This document shows positions 1-7,120 of a stretch of 64,000 nt of DNA, one piece after another. The DNA is taken from IMG/VR virus record IMGVR_UViG_3300021400_001148, positions 256,001-320,000 of that record. One strand, 5' to 3'. Every line of letters begins with the position of its first letter. Position 1 is the first letter of the stretch. A program made the translations under genes and the position numbers. The stretch is from a virus (lineage: Duplodnaviria; Caudoviricetes). The notes below the pieces were generated by a model. It ran no database searches. It was not told where the DNA came from and saw nothing but the letters and a program-made list of their open reading frames with translations.

Positions 1-208
1 GATGCTGCTTAATTTTCTCTCTTGTTGTAGCATCGAGCGGCACATCAAAACCATTTTTATGGTCATCTTCAAAGAACGGGTCGACACTCTCCTTGTTCTT
101 GCAAACAATTCGAGTGTAATTGTTATCCGGATTATCAAGGCCTATCTCCAGATACGATTTGTATCCGAAAAAAGAGATAAGATTGTTTATAATGTCAGTT
201 CTTGTCAT
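1..208 (-). CDS. Class I SAM-dependent methyltransferase (Methyltransf_24-like), 3' end outside the window
   Basis: Not in the ORF track. Hand translation from ATG 208 gives MTRTDIINNLISFFGYKSYLEIGLDNPDNNY..CKNKESVDPF, with the YLEIG and VDP motifs. ATGA overlap with the stop of 205..831. Confidence 0.7.
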   Translation of the reverse strand, partial: MTRTDIINNLISFFGYKSYLEIGLDNPDNNYTRIVCKNKESVDPFFEDDHKNGFDVPLDATTREKIKQH

Positions 209-831
209 GCCTTCTTCCTGTTTACATTTATCTTCATATAAGTGAGGTCATCAGCCATCTTTACAAACATAGCAAGTGGTTGGATATGAAGCATAGAAAA
301 TTTGTCCTCGTTGTTCTTGTCGTTGATTTTCATTGCCTCGAACTCACTTTCAGAGAGTGTAATGCCGGCAAGTTGGCAGAGGTATTGTGACCTTTCACCA
401 CAATTTATGGTGGTTTCGTTGTCCACCCATTTATAGATAATACCTCTTCTGTTTACCTGCCATTCATCGTCATTCGGTTGGTAAATCATCACTTTCCCAA
501 TCTGATGAAGGAGCATTACTTTGCGGAATGAACGCCAATCAACCCCAAATTCATTGACCAATTTCTTTACTGGCCCGGTAATTGTTTGAACTTCTTTTTC
601 AGACGAAGTTGACTCGAAAAGTTTCTTCGCGTAATCAAATGAGCGGTTGATGAGGAGAAGAAGGGCGCCTTTAAAAGCAAGCCCCGATGAAACTTCCAGA
701 CCGGCCGGTGCAGATTTTATCTTTTCAGCACCGCCAAGTACTTCAACCAGTTTTTCGGTGTTTACTCCAACACCTTCGAGTTCGCTAATGAACCTTACAT
801 AAAGTTCATTTATCTTCACATCACTAAGCAT
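205..831 (-). CDS. HD-domain-like protein with degenerate metal ligands
   Basis: LLHQIGK in place of LLHDxGK. The downstream Y..N..EW...RG..Y, ERS, E..AM and ADD pattern is typical of phage HD hydrolases. Confidence 0.55.
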   Translation of the reverse strand: MLSDVKINELYVRFISELEGVGVNTEKLVEVLGGAEKIKSAPAGLEVSSGLAFKGALLLLINRSFDYAKKLFESTSSEKEVQTITGPVKKLVNEFGVDWRSFRKVMLLHQIGKVMIYQPNDDEWQVNRRGIIYKWVDNETTINCGERSQYLCQLAGITLSESEFEAMKINDKNNEDKFSMLHIQPLAMFVKMADDLTYMKINVNRKKA

Positions 832-855
832 AAATTTTGTTTTTAAATTTTCTGG

Positions 856-870
856 TACAAATATACAAAA
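856..870 (-). promoter_or_regulatory. Early/middle (host sigma-type) promoter TTTTGTATATTTGTA
   Basis: Contains the Bacteroidetes -7 consensus TAnnTTTG and lies 25 nt upstream of ATG 831. One of 9 copies. Confidence 0.7.
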
Positions 871-872
871 AC

Positions 873-880
873 TATTTATT
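873..880 (+). promoter_or_regulatory. Putative late promoter motif TATTTATT
   Basis: 13 nt upstream of ATG 894. The motif recurs before structural genes. Confidence 0.55.
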
Positions 881-893
881 TAAAAAATGCAGC

Positions 894-1304
894 ATGGAAA
901 AAATTCTTTGGTGGGTGGTTTTCATCCTTTTGTGTATATGGCAATTACCACAATTGTTGATTGCGGGATTAATGGCTCCTTTTCTCGGAAAAAAGAAACT
1001 GGTCGCCGCCAGACATTTTAATTTTTGCTGGAAAGGAGAAAACATGAGTGGGGGAATCAGTCTCGGGCCCGTGGCATATGTCTCTGAAAGGAGTAGCGAA
1101 ACAACTATCTGTCATGAAATTGACGGACATACTGTGCAAAGTAAGATACTTGGGCCGCTTTATCTCTTGGTGATAGGTTTGCCGTCCCTTTTGAATGCCA
1201 TTTTTGACTTTACCGACTGTTATTACGACTTTTTTACAGAATCGTGGGCCAATAAATGTGCCGGCTTAAAAGTTAACAAGTGGTGTTCACTTGTTAAAGA
1301 CTAA
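894..1304 (+). CDS. Membrane protein with zincin-like HExxGH motif
   Basis: Hydrophobic N-terminus, then GGISLG...HEIDGH..QS..LGPLYLLVIGLPS...FFTESWAN. Start moved to ATG 894, downstream of the promoter motif. Confidence 0.6.
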   Translation: MEKILWWVVFILLCIWQLPQLLIAGLMAPFLGKKKLVAARHFNFCWKGENMSGGISLGPVAYVSERSSETTICHEIDGHTVQSKILGPLYLLVIGLPSLLNAIFDFTDCYYDFFTESWANKCAGLKVNKWCSLVKD

Positions 1305-1364
1305 AAAAATCCTCCCGTTTTCAGTGACAGGAGGAAAAACAAGAAAAATTATGGAAGCAGGCCT

Positions 1365-2606
1365 CTACTTGCCCACCACACTTTCGTAGAAAGCGGCACG
1401 CTCTTCTGAAAGTGTTTTCATATTATATTTCGGTTTAATTGTATCCGCAAGATTTTTCTTTAGGATATCAACATATTCGGGGTGTTCTACAATCTTTTTG
1501 ATTGCTTTTACCCAGTCTTTATGGTCTTTGCGGTGTTCGATAAGAATTGCATTACCATTTTCGTTAATCTGGCTGCCGGGTCCGAAGAAATTCACTGTAT
1601 CAAGAGTATATGGACCAGAATCGGAACATATCACTGCCGTATCTTTGAATGCGGCCTCAATTAGTTTCAATTGGCTCTTGAATGAATTGAATGTGGACTC
1701 TTTGAGTGGAACGAGAAGTACATCAATAGTATCATAATGTGTAAGATAATTGTTAATGTCCCTTGTCCACTGCCTTACATATTTTTCTTCTTCAATCTTT
1801 GGATACTCCAAATCAGGAATTGACCTATTAAGGAATGCCTTGTATTCCGGGGAAACAATGTCTGGGTCGTATTTGTTAGTGATAAGTTGCTCAAAACGAT
1901 ACCAACAGGTTTCTTCAGGTTTAATGGGCCTTTGCTGAGCAGAGCCGTCGGGCTGGTAAATGGTCATCGTTCCACGAATATCATATCCACAAAGATGAAA
2001 TTCGGCTTTGTCCCAGATATCTTTATGGCCAAAAGTGTCCCTGAGAATTTCCAAATCAGGCTCGTGAGACGAACCCATAATGAAACCAAAACGAATTTTA
2101 CCATTTTTTGACGGAACCTTAGGCGTAAGCACTTGCGGCTCATCCTCAAATAAGCCGTTTGGAAGAACTTTCACATTCTTGTTATACTTAAGACACTCTT
2201 TTTCGAAAATAGGGGTTGTGGTTGTCACCCAGTCAACCATTTGAAGTGTCTTTCTTACCTTCTCAGGAACTTTTCCCCTCTCATTTGCATGATATGTAGG
2301 GTGCGTCCTGTCAATAAACCAGTAAGCGTCGTCCACATCCATCAAAATTTTCACACCGGATTCACGGAGTGCAGTGATTGCATTCCAGAATGTTTCTTGG
2401 TCTTTTTCGAGACCTTTGTGAAAATGTATGATATCATATTTTTTGAGAGCCTCAATATTTTCCCAGTCAGGGCTCATATCAATATCTACATCAAACTTCT
2501 CTGGAAAATATCTTTGAAGCCCCTGTGCCGGCTGTATCGACCTAAATCTTCCGCATCCGTAGTTGTCCGAAGGGACAATTAAGACTTTAATCTTGTTTTC
2601 TGACAT
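1365..2606 (-). CDS. GT-B fold glycosyltransferase (GT4-like)
   Basis: GCGRFRSIQP, MDVDD, VTTTT, VLPN, GFIMGSSHEPDL, DVLLVPL...FNSFKSQLKLIEA, ICSDSGPY. Confidence 0.85.
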   Translation of the reverse strand: MSENKIKVLIVPSDNYGCGRFRSIQPAQGLQRYFPEKFDVDIDMSPDWENIEALKKYDIIHFHKGLEKDQETFWNAITALRESGVKILMDVDDAYWFIDRTHPTYHANERGKVPEKVRKTLQMVDWVTTTTPIFEKECLKYNKNVKVLPNGLFEDEPQVLTPKVPSKNGKIRFGFIMGSSHEPDLEILRDTFGHKDIWDKAEFHLCGYDIRGTMTIYQPDGSAQQRPIKPEETCWYRFEQLITNKYDPDIVSPEYKAFLNRSIPDLEYPKIEEEKYVRQWTRDINNYLTHYDTIDVLLVPLKESTFNSFKSQLKLIEAAFKDTAVICSDSGPYTLDTVNFFGPGSQINENGNAILIEHRKDHKDWVKAIKKIVEHPEYVDILKKNLADTIKPKYNMKTLSEERAAFYESVVGK

Positions 2607-2640
2607 ATTTTTTTGTTTTTAATGTATTTTATTTCTTGTT

Positions 2641-3042
2641 TTAGTCAACATTTTTCTTTAGTTCTTTCAGTTTTTCTTGAACTTCATCATAATCCATACC
2701 AAATTTCAAAACCCCTCGGCCCAACGCCGGGTAATCGTCAAGACCCTCAATATCAATCCAAGAAAGTGCCATTATACCATTTATACAATACAGAAGAGGA
2801 TATGCAGAATTTTTAATGGCCAACCCAAGTTTATAGTCAGAGTTCACACGCTGAACAGTTGTGTAAGTATCTTTCGGGGGATAAATGTCCTCCTCATCGC
2901 ATATTGCGGGGTTTTTATTGTCCCAACCGCCGTTCCAGACAATTTCCGGAGTATCCGAAAAATAAAGGTCATAGGTAAATGTGTTATATTTTTTATCCTC
3001 TATTACTGGTGCAACAAAAACAAGACTTAAATTACTCATCAT
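2641..3042 (-). CDS. Hypothetical protein, paralog of 3032..3451
   Basis: YDLYFSDTPEIVWNGGW...CINGIMAL...LKFG matches the neighbouring gene. Confidence 0.75.
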   Translation of the reverse strand: MMSNLSLVFVAPVIEDKKYNTFTYDLYFSDTPEIVWNGGWDNKNPAICDEEDIYPPKDTYTTVQRVNSDYKLGLAIKNSAYPLLYCINGIMALSWIDIEGLDDYPALGRGVLKFGMDYDEVQEKLKELKKNVD

Positions 3043-3451
3043 TTCCCTCCTTTTCTTCTATTTCTTCCTCGGGCTGGTAATCAAATTCCTGAAATTGTAT
3101 TTTGTTACGGGTTAATATATCCCTAACCATATCGATATTTTCCCCGAAGTTAATCACAACCTTAGACTCTTCATCTTTACTAAAAACAAGGCTTATAATC
3201 CCGTCAATACAGTCTTGCAGGGAAAACCATGTACTTTTTACGGCTGTATCCAGTTCTTCGTTGGATACAACCCTCCATTCCTTTGTAAGTCCATCTGAAA
3301 AGGGCTTGATGTTTGGAACACCACCAGCAGGTGTCACATTAAAATTGTCGCCCCATATAATATCTGGGTCGTCGGAAAATAGAAAGCGGTATACAAATTG
3401 GTCTCTTCCTATTTTTCCTATTGGTTCAGCAAATACAATAACATCTTCCAT
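3032..3451 (-). CDS. Hypothetical protein, paralog of 2641..3042
   Basis: YRFLFSDDPDIIWGDNF...DCIDGIISL...INFG. Confidence 0.75.
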   Translation of the reverse strand: MEDVIVFAEPIGKIGRDQFVYRFLFSDDPDIIWGDNFNVTPAGGVPNIKPFSDGLTKEWRVVSNEELDTAVKSTWFSLQDCIDGIISLVFSKDEESKVVINFGENIDMVRDILTRNKIQFQEFDYQPEEEIEEKEGNDE

Positions 3452-3475
3452 TCCCTCGTTTCTTTGAAATTAGAA

Positions 3476-3483
3476 TATTTATA
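3476..3483 (+). promoter_or_regulatory. Putative late promoter TATTTATA
   Basis: 15 nt upstream of ATG 3499, at the head of the neck-gene operon. Confidence 0.6.
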
Positions 3484-3498
3484 AGAAAATGTCAAGTG

Positions 3499-4053
3499 AT
3501 GAAAAATAATATAAGACTAACTGAAAGTCAATTGAGGGCGTTAGTATCTGAGGCCTCTAAAAAAGTTCTAAATGAAATAAGCCTTGATACAATTGGAAAT
3601 GCTGAAAACCAAAGTAATAACTGGCGTAGAGGGGACTATGACCCATGGGATAGTGATGCGTGGAAGGATATTATAAATTATAATGATATTTTTGATGCTA
3701 TAAGGGATATTAACATTGCACTAGAAAAGTTAGGCGGGGATTATCCTACTGAACAAAAGTTTTTGGGGTATCTTGAAGAGATTTGGAATTTCTTTGAAAG
3801 AAAAGAGTCTCAACACGAAAATTTTAAAAAAACTGAAAGAAGAAAAAACCATGAGACACGCAATGAAATTCTCCAAAGAGCAAAGCAATTCGGGGCTACA
3901 GATTTAAGAGATTGGGATGCTGCATTTAACAGTGTTCCAGAAGATAGATTTAATGAATTTGCAATATCTCTCTCAAAAGAGACCAGAGAGTGGCTCAATA
4001 ACGAAGGATTTCTTGATTACAATAGCAAAACAGGTGAATTTTACAAGGAGTAA
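3499..4053 (+). CDS. Putative internal head protein with L-x-E leader
   Basis: N-terminus IRLTESQLRALVSEASKKVLNE is shared with other ORFs in the window. Confidence 0.6.
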   Translation: MKNNIRLTESQLRALVSEASKKVLNEISLDTIGNAENQSNNWRRGDYDPWDSDAWKDIINYNDIFDAIRDINIALEKLGGDYPTEQKFLGYLEEIWNFFERKESQHENFKKTERRKNHETRNEILQRAKQFGATDLRDWDAAFNSVPEDRFNEFAISLSKETREWLNNEGFLDYNSKTGEFYKE

Positions 4054-4057
4054 TGTT

Positions 4058-4525
4058 ATGGAAAGATATAAAATTTCAGAAAACACATTAAAAAGAATGG
4101 TTTTTGAGGGGACTAAAAAAGCACTCAAAGAAGAAATAGACGATTATCTTGAAAATCTTGTTGACAACGTATCCATCACCCTTACTGATAAGTATGGGTT
4201 TGGGACCGAGGCTGCATATGCTGCGGCTGAAAAAAGTGTTGCTCAACTAGATGACACCGATTCATTGAGTGGTGACGAACAGGAAGATTTTGATGCTGCA
4301 CTCCAAAGGTCTATGTCCAACTATGTAAATGAAAGCCTTACTAAAAAGAGCATCAAGGAAGGGCAAGAAGAATATGAAGCACTTCGTGGGTCTGTGGCTA
4401 TATGTCTGTCAATGATTGACAACACTTTCAAACGGGATGATATTGATAATGTAAGCCCAGATGTCCTCAAGGACCTTATCATTCGTATTTACGATGAACT
4501 CAGCCCAAATAGAGTAAACCTTTAA
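4058..4525 (+). CDS. Putative internal head protein with I/L-x-E leader
   Basis: Start moved to ATG 4058: MERYKISENTLKRMVFEGTKKALKEE. Confidence 0.6.
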   Translation: MERYKISENTLKRMVFEGTKKALKEEIDDYLENLVDNVSITLTDKYGFGTEAAYAAAEKSVAQLDDTDSLSGDEQEDFDAALQRSMSNYVNESLTKKSIKEGQEEYEALRGSVAICLSMIDNTFKRDDIDNVSPDVLKDLIIRIYDELSPNRVNL

Positions 4526-4526
4526 A

Positions 4527-5066
4527 ATGACATTTGACACAACAAACATAAAAAGGAAGAATCCTATAAACAGGAACAACATGTTTTTCTCAAAAGAATC
4601 TTTTGATTTTGAGGAAAACCTTGCTCTTGAATATATGGAACAGGATATGAATCAGACAGTCATCCTTTTCCAAGTGGATTTATCCAAAACGAAAGTCAAT
4701 GACCTTTACAAAGAGGCCTCTAAAAGCGACATTGTTTTTAAGACCCCGGTTGAACTCACCTGTATATATGAAATAGAAGAGTCTGAAACATCATCTTATG
4801 ATGACAAACAGTCAAAAAGTGTATATGTAAAGCCGGGAACTTTAAAATTGAGTGTCTTAGAAAAGACCCTCAAGGAAATGAACGCCGATATAAAGAGAGG
4901 AGATTTCATAGGTGTAGTGATAGACCCTGAAAGAACTATTTACTTCGAAGTCAATAATGATGGTAAAGCGTTGCAAACAGCAAACAGTCAGACTATGTAC
5001 GGAGTAAGGCCTTATTGGAGAAGCATTCGTGCAAACTATGTCGACCCAGTTACATTTAATGGATAA
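4527..5066 (+). CDS. Neck / head-closure protein (T4 gp14-like)
   Basis: NQTVILFQVD...LYKE...FKTPVEL...PGTLKLSV...DIKRGDF. Lies upstream of the gp15-like and sheath genes. Confidence 0.6.
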   Translation: MTFDTTNIKRKNPINRNNMFFSKESFDFEENLALEYMEQDMNQTVILFQVDLSKTKVNDLYKEASKSDIVFKTPVELTCIYEIEESETSSYDDKQSKSVYVKPGTLKLSVLEKTLKEMNADIKRGDFIGVVIDPERTIYFEVNNDGKALQTANSQTMYGVRPYWRSIRANYVDPVTFNG

Positions 5067-5083
5067 AAATAAAAATTGAGATT

Positions 5084-5812
5084 ATGTTTAAAGTTGTTTT
5101 TGGCTCTTATAGTAAAAAAGACGGGACCCCTGAGGATGGTGTCTACGAGATACTTCAATATCTCGAAGGCCTGAAAGAAAAAGATATCTTAGTAAGGCTC
5201 GACCCAGATATGAAATATGAGGGGGTGGACCTCTTCTGTGATTCTTTGAGCATAAAAAACCTTCAGGTAAAGAAAATTAATGACAGAGGAGAATATGAGG
5301 CCTCTTTCGAAACTAAGAATAAATCAAATATCATTCGTCTTCTCGCCAATATGGGTAACATCGGAAACGGCGGACATTCATATGATATAAAAATCGGAAA
5401 GAAGACTTTTTATTTTGACGGCGATGGGGCAGACAGAATAGTGAGTATAAACGGAGTAGAACTTCGTGGCGATATGAAAAAACCTTATTATTGGGGAAAG
5501 TTTTATGAAAAAGAAGAAAAAATAGATGAGAGTATGAGAAAAATAATCAAACTTAATGAATCACAACTCAAAAATCTTGTCATGGAATCAGCCAAGAGAG
5601 TTATGAAGGAAATGTATGGAGACATTGCGGACACATCGTTTGGTGTTGACGATGTTGATGATAGTTCATCGATAAGCAATGACGCCGTAAATGACAATGA
5701 TTTCGAACAAAACGAAAATGCCACATTCTTGAAACAACTTTTGAAAATGAGGAAAGAAGGGGTTATCTCAGACGAAGAATTGAACCGTATGAGACAGTCT
5801 CTCGGAATTTAA
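5084..5812 (+). CDS. Hypothetical protein with internal L-x-E tag (putative head cargo)
   Basis: GNGGHSY...FDGDGADRI domain followed by MRKIIKLNESQLKNLVMESAKRVMKE at 5534. Confidence 0.6.
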   Translation: MFKVVFGSYSKKDGTPEDGVYEILQYLEGLKEKDILVRLDPDMKYEGVDLFCDSLSIKNLQVKKINDRGEYEASFETKNKSNIIRLLANMGNIGNGGHSYDIKIGKKTFYFDGDGADRIVSINGVELRGDMKKPYYWGKFYEKEEKIDESMRKIIKLNESQLKNLVMESAKRVMKEMYGDIADTSFGVDDVDDSSSISNDAVNDNDFEQNENATFLKQLLKMRKEGVISDEELNRMRQSLGI

Positions 5813-5815
5813 AAG

Positions 5816-5840
5816 AACACACCTTCGGGTGTGTTTTTTT
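5816..5840 (+). terminator. Rho-independent terminator with cUUCGg tetraloop
   Basis: AACACACC-TTCG-GGTGTGTT followed by a T-run. Confidence 0.85.
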
Positions 5841-5860
5841 GTTAAACGCCGTCGGAAAAC

Positions 5861-5868
5861 TATTTATG
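5861..5868 (+). promoter_or_regulatory. Putative late promoter TATTTATG
   Basis: Between the terminator and the gp15-like gene. Confidence 0.5.
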
Positions 5869-5871
5869 AAT

Positions 5872-7059
5872 ATGTTGAGAAAAAAGTATAAAGACTATCT
5901 GAATATTCATCCTACCCCAGACCCGATAGAGAGGAGGATGAATATAACAAAGGAGGTACTCCATAAAGGTACTCCCCTTCCAAAACCGGTGGTATATGAA
6001 GATATTGATGAGGCGTTCAAAAAATGGGTTGAAGAAGACCTTATGATATCGTTCGAAGGAAAGCGTCTTCCGACCATGACACTTTTTTCCAACCAAAGAT
6101 TCAGCGAATATCTCCAGAGTTGGCAGTTCCTTGACGAGAACAACAATGTGCTTTTGAACTTCAAGACTGTCAATAGGGAAAACAATCCCCAACAAGGTTC
6201 GCAGTATGCAAAGAATTACAACATCCCCGGGGACCGGTTCTACCTTATGTCAAGGGAAGTGGCAACAGATGAGGCAGGAAGAAAATATTTCATTGACTAC
6301 AAAATGAAACAGCCTTTCAATGTCGACCTTGTCTACAGAATAAACATAGTAGCAAGCAGGCTTGAACTCCTTAACGAATTCAACCTTATGGTACTTGATA
6401 AATTCAAATCAAAGCAGGTTTACATCGCTCCCAATGGATATTATATGTCTATGGTCCTTGACAGTATTTCCGATGAATCCAAATACAGTGTTGACGACCG
6501 CCAGTTTTTCAACCAATCGTTTTCAATCACACTCCGGGGGTACATTATCAAAGAGGATGATATGCGTGTTGAGGAAAATCCTTTACTGAGTCTACATTTC
6601 ACCGGTGATGAAGACAAAAAAACCCGCCCGCTTGTCTCACTGGTTCCTGATATTGATGAATGCCCCGATTCCGGAGAGACAGACGATAGATACTACGAAA
6701 CCCTGAGGCTTGATTTTGACATATGCCAGGATGACTTCATAACATTCAATACGAAAAAAAACAACATAGTCATATATTTCTATGAAGTTGAAAACATACA
6801 ATGGTTTGAAATGTCGGTGGATGGTGGTGAATGGATTAAATATCTTCCGGAGTGCCCCGAGGACTTCAGTGTTTCAGCACCCGAATACACTGTAATAAAA
6901 CTGAAAATAAAACGGGACCGTATTCTTTCTCCGTCCGCTGTTATTTTCTCCGCATTTGACCGGAACAAAACCATGAAGATAGACGATGACGGAATCCGTG
7001 AGTTCCGGCCGGAAACCGAAGAAGATAATAATCCTGTTGAAATTGTTCAGGAAGATTAG
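5872..7059 (+). CDS. Tail terminator / sheath stabiliser (T4 gp15-like) with C-terminal extension
   Basis: YEDIDEAF..WV, QRF, QPFNVDLVYRINI, F.QSFSITLRGYI. Directly upstream of the sheath gene. Start is 5866 or 5872. Confidence 0.6.
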   Translation: MLRKKYKDYLNIHPTPDPIERRMNITKEVLHKGTPLPKPVVYEDIDEAFKKWVEEDLMISFEGKRLPTMTLFSNQRFSEYLQSWQFLDENNNVLLNFKTVNRENNPQQGSQYAKNYNIPGDRFYLMSREVATDEAGRKYFIDYKMKQPFNVDLVYRINIVASRLELLNEFNLMVLDKFKSKQVYIAPNGYYMSMVLDSISDESKYSVDDRQFFNQSFSITLRGYIIKEDDMRVEENPLLSLHFTGDEDKKTRPLVSLVPDIDECPDSGETDDRYYETLRLDFDICQDDFITFNTKKNNIVIYFYEVENIQWFEMSVDGGEWIKYLPECPEDFSVSAPEYTVIKLKIKRDRILSPSAVIFSAFDRNKTMKIDDDGIREFRPETEEDNNPVEIVQED

Positions 7060-7078
7060 ATTTTCAAAAGAAAATTAC

Positions 7079-7086
7079 TATTTATA
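7079..7086 (+). promoter_or_regulatory. Putative late promoter TATTTATA
   Basis: Upstream of the sheath gene. Confidence 0.6.
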
Positions 7087-7120
7087 GGAAAGTAAATAAA
7101 AAGAAAAATTATATTTGATT

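Noticed and set aside
2-390. Plus-strand ORFs 2..241 and 202..390, and the many short antisense ORFs in the track
   Set aside because: They are shadows of well-supported genes on the opposite strand or frame and have no motifs or promoters.
3476-3483. Reading the motif as a T4-type TATAAATA promoter on the opposite strand
   Set aside because: At most sites the TATAAATA orientation points away from the adjacent gene or into a terminator. The consistent gene-facing reading is TATTTAT.
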